Assembly: GCA_002361955.1 (NCBI GenBank) | Contig: DESK01000059.1 | Location: forward strand, 7,145 to 71,144 | Length of the DNA stretch: 64,000 nucleotides | Reading direction: 5' to 3' | Source: Lachnospiraceae bacterium UBA3316 | GTDB taxonomy: Bacteria; Bacillota; Clostridia; Lachnospirales; Lachnospiraceae | Part shown: piece after piece, positions 9,205-16,936 of the stretch | Layout of the letters: the number at the start of each line of letters is the position of its first letter | Numbering within the stretch: position 1 is the stretch's first letter | Made by a program: the position numbers and the translations under genes | Notes under the pieces: model-generated | What the model was told of the DNA's origin: nothing | The model's database searches: none | Seen by the model: the letters and a program-made list of their open reading frames with translations, nothing else

Positions 9205-9322
9205 GCAAGTATGCCGAACAAAGGTTCGGAGCAACGTGCGAAAGCACAGAGAAATCTGTATCACTGTTGGGGATCCCTGTCATTGACCCCAACATCCTAT
9301 TTTGTGATGGAGGTAATTTTAT

Positions 9323-9667
9323 ATGAGTGAGCGAAAGAGAAAGCAGGCAGCACGAAAACAGGCACAGCAAAGAAGGATGCTTTTCCTGGCAGCAGCATTG
9401 ATCTGCGTATTTATCCTTGGAATCATCTGCGGCGGACGCATGGTAGACGCCTCTAAGCCTGTAAAACACAATTACAAATATTATAAAGAGCTGAAGGTAG
9501 GCCTGAATGATACCCTGTGGGATATCGCCGATACCTATATGACGGAAGACTATGCTTCTGTGAACGATTACATAAAGGAGATACAGGAGATCAATTCCCT
9601 GACGGACGATCAGATCGTCTACGGACAGCGGCTACTGATTCCCTATTATTCTCACGAATGGAAATAA
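9323..9667 (+). CDS. yneA: YneA-like SOS cell division inhibitor (TM + LysM)
   Basis: Basic N-terminus, single TM, LysM (DTLWDIA...IQEINSL...I.YGQRLLIP); divergent from lexA behind SOS boxes. Confidence 0.8.
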   Translation: MSERKRKQAARKQAQQRRMLFLAAALICVFILGIICGGRMVDASKPVKHNYKYYKELKVGLNDTLWDIADTYMTEDYASVNDYIKEIQEINSLTDDQIVYGQRLLIPYYSHEWK

Positions 9668-9704
9668 ACTCCCCAGATGCCCAACGAAGGCTTTTACATA
9701 AACG

Positions 9705-9733
9705 AAAGAGGGTGGCAAATCCACCCCCTTTTT
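9705..9733 (+). terminator. Terminator after yneA, overlapping the next promoter
   Basis: AAAGAGGGTGG-caaat-CCACCCCTTTTTT; TG-t-TATAAT follows at 9733-9741. Confidence 0.55.
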
Positions 9734-9794
9734 GTTATAATAGGAGCCAGACGCTACAGAAACATAAAAAGCTGATGATAGGAGGATTCATTCT

Positions 9795-10025
9795 ATGCGC
9801 CAGGAAAAATTTAAAATGGAACGCCCGAATCTCGTCGAACCGGGACAGAGGGTGGAAATTACGGAAATACAGACAAATATGAACTACAGCTACATTATTG
9901 AGCCTGCCGTGGCCATGTCCGGCTGCTTTAAAGGAAGTAACCGGATCAAAGCCAAAGAAGGCACCATTGTCAGCATTGAAGACACGCCGAGAGGCTTTAT
10001 CGTCACCGCTGAATTTGAAGAGTAG
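9795..10025 (+). CDS. Small hypothetical protein (76 aa)
   Basis: AGGAGG RBS, candidate own promoter, fills the gap between yneA and the C39 gene. Confidence 0.7.
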   Translation: MRQEKFKMERPNLVEPGQRVEITEIQTNMNYSYIIEPAVAMSGCFKGSNRIKAKEGTIVSIEDTPRGFIVTAEFEE

Positions 10026-10047
10026 GCGCAACAGGCAGAAGCAGTCT

Positions 10048-11112
10048 TTAAAAAAGCTCGCACGGATTTATGGCTTCCCGGTTTTGGAACGTGCCGCCTG
10101 CTTCCTCTTCATTTTCTGCCGGATACATTTTCCAAAGATTTTTTATCTGTGGCAGCAGTGTCTCAAGCTCCCACAGGCGGCCGCTGTTTGCATAGCTGTA
10201 GGGATCGTTTACTTTTATTTCCCCGTCTTCGCAGCCTGCAAGCACGATGAAATGGCCGCCGTCGGTAAAGTCGCCGGGGCGGACGCTGCATATGATGGGA
10301 AATCCCTGCTTTAAGGTATCCATGACGATCTCCCGATCCAGGGAAATCGCCTGTCCCAGCACTCCAAACTCTCTGCCTCCCTCGGCAATAAAACTCCACA
10401 TCGTGTTCCCTTCTCCGTCCAGATAGCCATTTTTATAGCTCTTAACAGCCATGACATAAGGCGTTACCTGGGTATTTCCCGTAAGCCCGGCGATGACCAT
10501 GGCCAGGCAGGCAGGGCCGCAGCCATTCGTTGCCACAAGACCGTCACCGTAGCTGCCATACCCCCAGCGCTGGTCCCACTGGATCAAAAGAGGGATTCCC
10601 TGGCCGGCCATATCCTCCCTTGTCAGGGCATAGCCGTAAACCTGCCCCTGCTTTTGGGGATACTCATATACAAAATCCAGCGTCTCCCTGTTTTTGTCAA
10701 GCATACCCAGAATTTTCTCCGGATACCGGAGCCTGTTTCTCTGAATCTCTTCCAGTTTCTCCTGATCCGTTAAGGGATCCTCCGCGGATCCTTCCTCTGT
10801 ATCCCGTTGGGGCAGAAGAGAAGACGCCGTCTCCATTTCTGATTCCACAGATTCCCCTGTCTCCGGATCCGCTTCCTTCCGGCCTTCTGCAGCTTCCGCA
10901 GGAGACGTATCCGCCCTGTCAGATCCTCGCGTATCCGTTGCCATTTCCGTGCATTCCCGGCCTTCCTGCCGACGTTCCAATAGAGATCGCACCTCACCCA
11001 CACAGATAAAGATCACCAGCAGCATTCCTGACAGCAGGAGAGTGCCCTGCAGAATACAGCGGACCCTGTGCCGCCTCTTTCTCTTTTTGCTTTCCTTTTT
11101 ATGACTCCCCAT
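10048..11112 (-). CDS. Membrane-anchored C39-like cysteine peptidase
   Basis: N-terminal TM, acidic linker, QWDQRW, GCGPACLAM (Cys), GHFIVL (His), VNDPYS. Confidence 0.85.
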   Translation of the reverse strand: MGSHKKESKKRKRRHRVRCILQGTLLLSGMLLVIFICVGEVRSLLERRQEGRECTEMATDTRGSDRADTSPAEAAEGRKEADPETGESVESEMETASSLLPQRDTEEGSAEDPLTDQEKLEEIQRNRLRYPEKILGMLDKNRETLDFVYEYPQKQGQVYGYALTREDMAGQGIPLLIQWDQRWGYGSYGDGLVATNGCGPACLAMVIAGLTGNTQVTPYVMAVKSYKNGYLDGEGNTMWSFIAEGGREFGVLGQAISLDREIVMDTLKQGFPIICSVRPGDFTDGGHFIVLAGCEDGEIKVNDPYSYANSGRLWELETLLPQIKNLWKMYPAENEEEAGGTFQNREAINPCELF

Positions 11113-12259
11113 GCGCGTTCTCCGTATCCCCGTTCCCCGGTTTTTTCAGCGAGACAACGTCAGCAGCCCGGCGCCTGTTTTCGTCGCTCATTCTGGCATA
11201 ATGCTTCTTTGTCGTATTGACATCTTTATGGCCCAGCACGTCAGCCACCAGGTAAATATCCCCCGTTTCCCGGTAGAGGGCCGTTCCATAAGTACTGCGC
11301 AGCTTGTGGGGCGTGATCTTCTTATTTGTTTCAATCATCGAACAGTATTTTTTCACCATCACCTCGATGCTCCTGACCGCCATGCGGTTTCCCCGGAGGG
11401 AGAGAAAAAGGGCCTTTTCTTCTTTGTCCTCCTTTAAAAGCCGCTGTCTGGGCGAAAGCTTTTTGATCTCCCCGTCCTTAGCATTTTTCTCCGGCTGTTC
11501 GCCCGCTGTTTCCTCCTCATCGTATTCCTCGATTCCCAGATAGTAATTCAGTGCGTCCCGCACATCTTCCCCGAAATAAATGTAAGATTCATTTCCACCT
11601 TTACGGATCACCCGAAAGGTCTGGTTATGAAAATCCACATCCGTCAGATTTAATCCCGCCAGCTCAGACACACGCATCCCCGTTCCCAGAAACGTCGTCA
11701 AAATAGCTCTGTCCCTGGCCGCCGTAAGATCATGGAATTTTCTCTGGCGTTCCGTCATACGGGGAGGGGCCTCCACAGCCTCCAGAAGATCGAACACCTG
11801 ATCCTGATCCAGGGTAATGATCGCCTTTTCATGGAGCTTGGGGCGTTCCACAGCATTCAGGGGGTTATTATGGACAATCTGACGGCGGTTAAAGAAGCTG
11901 TACAGATTGCTGAGAGCAGAGAGCTTCCTGGCCTTGGCCGCCTCGCCGTTGCGGTATTCAATCCCTTCATAAACGTAGTAGTTTAAATGCTCTAAGTATT
12001 CATCAATATCGGCAGACGTCATTTCTTCTAAAGCCTGTAAAGGAATTTCCCGGATCTCTTTATCCCTGTAGATGGGATTTTCCATCACAATAAACTGTAA
12101 AAAGGTATAGATATCCCTGCAATATCCGGCCTGGGTTCTGGGAGATGTGGAAGAGGCGATTCCTCGAAAATAATCCGTACAGAAGGGCGGCATTTTTTTC
12201 AGCATAGAGCGCAAAAGCAAAACATTCTGTTTTCGGACGGTTTCTGCATATTCGTTCAT
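11099..12259 (-). CDS. Tyrosine recombinase, Xer family (XerS-like)
   Basis: Full catalytic set: GMRVSEL (R), RKGG (K), PHKLR (HxxR), LGH, KHY (Y); SAM-like N-terminal domain; housekeeping context. Confidence 0.93.
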   Translation of the reverse strand: MNEYAETVRKQNVLLLRSMLKKMPPFCTDYFRGIASSTSPRTQAGYCRDIYTFLQFIVMENPIYRDKEIREIPLQALEEMTSADIDEYLEHLNYYVYEGIEYRNGEAAKARKLSALSNLYSFFNRRQIVHNNPLNAVERPKLHEKAIITLDQDQVFDLLEAVEAPPRMTERQRKFHDLTAARDRAILTTFLGTGMRVSELAGLNLTDVDFHNQTFRVIRKGGNESYIYFGEDVRDALNYYLGIEEYDEEETAGEQPEKNAKDGEIKKLSPRQRLLKEDKEEKALFLSLRGNRMAVRSIEVMVKKYCSMIETNKKITPHKLRSTYGTALYRETGDIYLVADVLGHKDVNTTKKHYARMSDENRRRAADVVSLKKPGNGDTENAHGES

Positions 12260-12287
12260 AAAATGGTTCCTTCCTGATTTTTCGGTA

Positions 12288-12323
12288 TATTATTGCGTAA
12301 AACATGGATTTCACGCAATAATA
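12288..12323. repeat. Perfect 11-bp inverted repeat just upstream of the recombinase
   Basis: TATTATTGCGT-14 bp-ACGCAATAATA. Confidence 0.85.
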
Positions 12324-12452
12324 CATGTAACTCCTTTTTACTGCCCCAAGGGCTGCATCCTGGCTGCAAACGAGGTTTTTGGCCCTGACAACGTCAAACG
12401 TTTTTTATTAAAAATTTTTATTTTTTTTCTGCAAAATTTATTCTTGCAAAAT

Positions 12453-12896
12453 TTATTGCAAGTCTTCTTCCTCACAATCCGGCAAGAAAGATTCTTTTCC
12501 AAAACTTTCCGGGAGAAGCTCAGCCAGGGAATACACTTTATATTCCAGGCGTTCATTTCCCAGGATAATTTGAAACCTTTCCGGATCACAAAATTCAGCC
12601 ATCACCTGGCGGCAGACACCGCAGGGGGCGCAAAAATCCGCCGCGCCTGCCTGCCTGGTTCCGCCGACTATGGCTATGGCTGTAAATTCCCTTTCCCCCT
12701 CGCTGACCGCCTTAAAAAATGCCGTCCGCTCTGCACAATTTGTAGGGGAATAAGACGCGTTTTCAATATTGCAGCCGGTATATGCCTTCCCTGACCGGCT
12801 AAGGAGGGCTGCCCCCACCTGAAAGCCGGAATACGGCGAATACGAATTTTTTCTGGCCTCCAGCGCCAGCTCGACCAATGCCGTCTCTGTCATCAC
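12453..12896 (-). CDS. cdd: Cytidine deaminase
   Basis: SPYSGFQVGAAL, GCNIENASY, CAER, PCGVCRQ. Confidence 0.98.
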   Translation of the reverse strand: MMTETALVELALEARKNSYSPYSGFQVGAALLSRSGKAYTGCNIENASYSPTNCAERTAFFKAVSEGEREFTAIAIVGGTRQAGAADFCAPCGVCRQVMAEFCDPERFQIILGNERLEYKVYSLAELLPESFGKESFLPDCEEEDLQ

Positions 12897-12963
12897 TTCA
12901 CCTCATCCATTAAGGGCCATCCCTCCACCAGGACAAATCCCTTTCTGCTGATAGCCCTTCTCT

Positions 12964-12987
12964 TAAACACTCCAATAAACACTCCAA
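12964..12987. repeat. 12-bp tandem direct repeat x2
   Basis: TAAACACTCCAA TAAACACTCCAA. Confidence 0.9.
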
Positions 12988-13000
12988 AGAGTTTCCGTAA

Positions 13001-13033
13001 ATAAGTTTCCATAATTATATTATGTAAACTTAT
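13001..13033. other. dif-like chromosome dimer resolution site (candidate)
   Basis: ATAAGTTTCCATAA-TTATA-TTATGTAAACTTAT; 13016-13030 identical to the last 15 nt of B. subtilis dif; near a Xer gene and the strand-orientation flip. Confidence 0.7.
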
Positions 13034-13075
13034 GCATGCAATAATTAAACTACTTCGCGCAATAATCTATTCTCC

Positions 13076-13115
13076 GAAAAAACCGGCGAAACACATGCCG
13101 CGCATTTCGCCGGTT
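13076..13115 (-). terminator. Intrinsic terminator after dtd
   Basis: AACCGGCGAAA...TTTCGCCGGTT stem followed on the minus strand by a T-tract. Confidence 0.8.
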
Positions 13116-13134
13116 CCTATAAGGGACTGCCTCT

Positions 13135-13581
13135 CTACATCTGATCCGTATCGAGAATCACCGTAAAGGGACCGTCATTGCACAGCTCTACCTGCATCTC
13201 GGCCCCAAAGCTTCCCGTTTCCACCGTGGCCACCTTTTTCCGGCACTCTGCGATGATATACTCATACAGCTCCTGGGCGAGACGGGGCTCTGCCGCATCC
13301 GTAAAGCTGGGACGGTTCCCCTTTTTACAATTGGCATATAAGGTGAACTGAGACACAAGGAGAAGCTCTCCTCCCACGTCTGCCAGGGACAGATTCGTTT
13401 TTCCCTCCTGATCCTCAAAAATCCGGAGCCCCGTCATCTTTTTTACCAGGCGGTCAGCCTCCGCTTTCGTATCCTTCTGTCCCACGCCGATCAGTACCAA
13501 AAATCCCTTGTCAATCCTGCCTATCACCTGTCCGTCCACTGAGACGCCGGCATGGGAAACCCGCTGAATCAAAAACCTCAT
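13135..13581 (-). CDS. dtd: D-aminoacyl-tRNA deacylase
   Basis: [26 protein letters not shown]. Confidence 0.98.
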   Translation of the reverse strand: MRFLIQRVSHAGVSVDGQVIGRIDKGFLVLIGVGQKDTKAEADRLVKKMTGLRIFEDQEGKTNLSLADVGGELLLVSQFTLYANCKKGNRPSFTDAAEPRLAQELYEYIIAECRKKVATVETGSFGAEMQVELCNDGPFTVILDTDQM

Positions 13582-14207
13582 GCTTCTGCCTCCCGCAGGG
13601 CAATGTACTCCTTTAAGAACTGTACTGTGCGGTCAATTCCAAGCGCGCTGCTGTCTACGCATAAATTGTAGCCGTTCACATCCCCCCAGCGTTTGCTGGA
13701 ATAATAGTTATAATAGCTGGCCCTGCGTTTATCTGTTTTGATAATCCGCTCCTTGGCTTTTGACTCAGAAAGCTGATACTCTTCCATAATCCGCTCTGTC
13801 TTCGCCTTCATGCTTCCATAGATGAAAACGGATATCAGGTTCGGAAAATCCGCCAGGGCATAATCCGCGCAGCGGCCGACGATAACACAGGGGCCTTCCT
13901 GGGCGATCTGCTTAATCGTGTTGAACTGGGCCAAAAAGATTTTGTGATCGATGGGCATCTCTGCCAGGGCAGGCGAAACGTATCCCATAGAATAAGTATC
14001 CATCACCAGGGAATAGAGGAAGCTGCTGGTAGGCTTTTCGTCATGGTTCTCAAAAAGCTCCTTACACAGCCCGCTCTCCTTTGACGCCCTGTCTAAAAGC
14101 TCTTTATCATAACAGGGAATCCCCAGATCCGCAGCCAGGCGTTTACCGATTTCATGGCCGCCGCTTCCATACTGACGGCCGATCGTAATTACAGATTTAC
14201 AAGTCAT
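13578..14207 (-). CDS. Cytidylate kinase-like family protein
   Basis: [35 protein letters not shown]; ATG 14207. Confidence 0.9.
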   Translation of the reverse strand: MTCKSVITIGRQYGSGGHEIGKRLAADLGIPCYDKELLDRASKESGLCKELFENHDEKPTSSFLYSLVMDTYSMGYVSPALAEMPIDHKIFLAQFNTIKQIAQEGPCVIVGRCADYALADFPNLISVFIYGSMKAKTERIMEEYQLSESKAKERIIKTDKRRASYYNYYSSKRWGDVNGYNLCVDSSALGIDRTVQFLKEYIALREAEA

Positions 14208-14336
14208 AACACTCACGTCCTTTCCATCAAATATAAACATAGTATACAACACCTAAGCAAAAATGTACATATTTTTTATATAAAATAGCCAAAATCCTTT
14301 TTTCAAATCAACAGCCTGCTGTTTTCGCGGCTCCCA

Positions 14337-15257
14337 CTACTCCGGAAGTTTTTCCAGGAGCTCCCGAAAGTATTCCGGGAGCGGAGCCTCAAACTCCATA
14401 TAAGCCCCTGTACGGGGGTGAGAAAAGCCGAGAATCCTGGCGTGGAGAGTTTGCCCCTGAAGCTTATAAGGGCACCTGGATGGCCCGTATACGGCGTCTC
14501 CCAGCAAGGGATGCCCCAGGCTTGCCATATGCACCCTGATCTGATGGGTACGTCCCGTCTCGAGGCTGCATTCGATATAAGTATATTGGCGAAACCGCTT
14601 CAGCACCCGGTAATGGGTCACGGCCTCCCTGCCGTTTTTGTAGTTGACGGCCATTTTTTTACGGTCCACCGGATGACGGCCGATCGGCGCATCCACGCTG
14701 CCCTCGTCCTCCTTTAAAACGCCGCAGACCACCGCCTGGTATCTTCTCGTGATGGAGTGCACCTTGAGCTGCTCTGCGAGGCTGTTGTGGGCAAAATCAT
14801 TTTTGCATACTACCAGGGAACCGGTGGTATCCATATCAATACGGTGAACAATCCCTGGGCGCAGTACGCCGTTGATACCGGAAAGCTGCCCTGCGCAGTG
14901 GTACATCAACGCATTCACCAGCGTTCCGCTGTAGTGGCCTGCGGCGGGATGCACCACCATCCCCTTTGGCTTATTGACCACCAGCAAATCACTGTCCTCA
15001 TAAAGAATGTCCAGGGGAATCTCCTCCGGCAGGATATCCGGCTCCGAAAGCTCCGGCAGGGTAAACCTGACCGTCTCCCCTGCCGCTATCTTATAATTAG
15101 CCTTCACAGGTTTTCCCTGTACGAAAACCCGCCCTTCCTTCATCAGCTTTTGAAGGTAAGAGCGGGACTGTCCTTCCATTTTTTCCGAAAGGAATTTATC
15201 GATCCTCATGCCGGAGGCATTCTCCGGCACGCACAGCGTTATCTCTTCTATAGACAT
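14337..15257 (-). CDS. rluD: RluA/RluD family pseudouridine synthase
   Basis: S4 domain, NKPKGMVVHP, HRIDMDTTG, GRTHQIRVH. Confidence 0.93.
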   Translation of the reverse strand: MSIEEITLCVPENASGMRIDKFLSEKMEGQSRSYLQKLMKEGRVFVQGKPVKANYKIAAGETVRFTLPELSEPDILPEEIPLDILYEDSDLLVVNKPKGMVVHPAAGHYSGTLVNALMYHCAGQLSGINGVLRPGIVHRIDMDTTGSLVVCKNDFAHNSLAEQLKVHSITRRYQAVVCGVLKEDEGSVDAPIGRHPVDRKKMAVNYKNGREAVTHYRVLKRFRQYTYIECSLETGRTHQIRVHMASLGHPLLGDAVYGPSRCPYKLQGQTLHARILGFSHPRTGAYMEFEAPLPEYFRELLEKLPE

Positions 15258-15793
15258 CACTTTTCCTTCCCTTTCCCGGGAAACAGGCACTGCAGCTCCT
15301 CCTCCTTATAGATAAACAGAAACAGCACAAAAAAGCAGGCCACAGAGACCGTCACGTAAATATCCGCCACATTAAACACCGGAAAGTCGATCAGCGAAAA
15401 ATAAAAGAAGTCTACCACAAAGCCCCTGCACACCCTGTCAATGGCATTTCCGATGGCTCCGGCCGCCAGCGCCACGATTACCAGGCGAAAAGGCGTATAG
15501 CGCCTGGTGGCAGGCAGGCGGAAATAGGCGTAGCCGACGATTCCCAGCACCAGCGCCACACAAACCAAAAAGAGCCAACGCTGGTTTTGCATCAGGCCGA
15601 AGGCGGCCCCCCTGTTTTCCAAATATTGCAGTTCAAAGACGCCCTTGAGCAGCACAACAGAGTCATGCCCCTTTAAGCCTTTCACTGCCCAGAGCTTTGT
15701 GATCTGGTCGATGGCCGTAAGTAAAAGAACGCCTGCAAGTCCTGCAAAGAGCTGTCCTGCCGTAACTTTTTTCTTTTCCATATTCATCCTCAA
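15257..15793 (-). CDS. lspA: Lipoprotein signal peptidase II
   Basis: DQITK, NRGAAFG, GNAIDR, VVDF, FNVAD. Confidence 0.98.
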   Translation of the reverse strand: MRMNMEKKKVTAGQLFAGLAGVLLLTAIDQITKLWAVKGLKGHDSVVLLKGVFELQYLENRGAAFGLMQNQRWLFLVCVALVLGIVGYAYFRLPATRRYTPFRLVIVALAAGAIGNAIDRVCRGFVVDFFYFSLIDFPVFNVADIYVTVSVACFFVLFLFIYKEEELQCLFPGKGKEK

Positions 15794-15802
15794 TTCTTTT
15801 TG

Positions 15803-16924
15803 TCAATCCATCTGATGGCAGTCTGCGTTCAGGTAGTTCAAAGCGTCCCGCATCTCATCGTCTGTCACTGTCTTGTCGATATAGGCATGGCCGATGCCCT
15901 TTAAAAGCACAAACTTAATGGTTCCTGCCTCCATCTTCTTATCCGATTTGGTCGCCTCAATAATCTTCTCCGTATCCAGGCCGGAAAAGGAAATCGGCAG
16001 GTCAAAGCCCACATTCATATCCCGAATCTCAAAAAATTCCTCAGCGCTCAAAAGCTCTCTCTTATAGGAAATATAAGCAGCAGCCACATAGCCGAGAGCC
16101 ACACACTGGCCGTGAAGCATATGGAAATCCATCAGCTTCTCGATGGCGTGGCCGATCGTATGGCCGAAATTCAGCAGAGCCCTCTCCCCTTTTTCCGTGG
16201 GGTCTTTCTCCACCACAGCCCGCTTGATTTCGCAGCTCCGGGAAATCATCGTTTTCAGAACGGGAAGCTCCCGTTCGCAGATTTCCGACATATGCTCAAT
16301 CGTCCATTCATAGTAGGACGCGTCCCGGATCAGTCCATGCTTCAGGATCTCGCCCATACCGCAGAAAAACAGCTCATCGCTCAGGGTCTTCAGGGTATTT
16401 ACATTCATATAGACAAGCCGGGGCTGGTGAAAGGCGCCCACCATATTTTTATAGCAGACAAAATCCACGCCTGTTTTTCCACCGATACTGCTGTCCACCT
16501 GGGAGAGCAGCGTGGTAGGCACCTGGACAAAATCGATCCCCCTGAGATAGGTGGCTGCCCCATAGCCCGTGAGATCACCCACAACGCCGCCTCCTAAGGC
16601 TACCAGCATATCCCTTCTGTCAAAATGATTGACGATCAGATGCTCATAAAGAGCTTTTACGGTGTCAAGGGTCTTGCTGGCCTCCCCGGCCGGAAAGACA
16701 AAGCGGGTCACTGTACGGCAAATCCCCTGGAGAAGCTCTTCCACCTGGTGGCCGTAATATCCGTCCACCACGGAATCCGTGACAATACAGAGCCTGCGGT
16801 CCACGGTCTCAAGCTCCTTCAAATACTCCGGAAGCTTTTCAAAGGACTCCTCCAGATATATGTGGTAGGCCAGCTTATCATCCTTTTTTACCGGTATACA
16901 CATCCGTTCTTTTTCTTTACTCAT
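15803..16924 (-). CDS. aroB: 3-dehydroquinate synthase
   Basis: ALGGGVVGDL, PTTLLSQVDSSIGGKTG, LNFGHTIGHAIE. Confidence 0.98.
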   Translation of the reverse strand: MSKEKERMCIPVKKDDKLAYHIYLEESFEKLPEYLKELETVDRRLCIVTDSVVDGYYGHQVEELLQGICRTVTRFVFPAGEASKTLDTVKALYEHLIVNHFDRRDMLVALGGGVVGDLTGYGAATYLRGIDFVQVPTTLLSQVDSSIGGKTGVDFVCYKNMVGAFHQPRLVYMNVNTLKTLSDELFFCGMGEILKHGLIRDASYYEWTIEHMSEICERELPVLKTMISRSCEIKRAVVEKDPTEKGERALLNFGHTIGHAIEKLMDFHMLHGQCVALGYVAAAYISYKRELLSAEEFFEIRDMNVGFDLPISFSGLDTEKIIEATKSDKKMEAGTIKFVLLKGIGHAYIDKTVTDDEMRDALNYLNADCHQMD

Positions 16925-16936
16925 ATCTGCCTCCGT

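Larger units (their letters stand above)
9101..9228. promoter_or_regulatory. Cluster of five Firmicutes SOS boxes (GAAC-N4-GTTC)
   Basis: Perfect CGAAC-AAAG-GTTCG at 9215-9228; one-mismatch boxes at 9101-9112, 9140-9151, 9153-9164, 9181-9192. Confidence 0.85.

Noticed and set aside
9236-9260. GTGCG as a group II intron 5' end
   Set aside because: No domain V or reverse transcriptase ORF, and the region is too short.
11099-12259. Recombinase as a prophage/ICE integrase
   Set aside because: No phage, conjugation or cargo genes, no tRNA target or att duplication; housekeeping flanks.
12420-12442. CodY-box-like sequence upstream of xer
   Set aside because: Needs an insertion to fit AATTTTCWGAAAATT, in an AT-rich context.
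12338-12589. 83-aa Lys/Phe-rich ORF
   Set aside because: Artefact of A/T tracts; overlaps cdd out of frame.
12964-13066. Repeats as a CRISPR remnant
   Set aside because: Units of 11-12 bp, no spacers and no cas genes.
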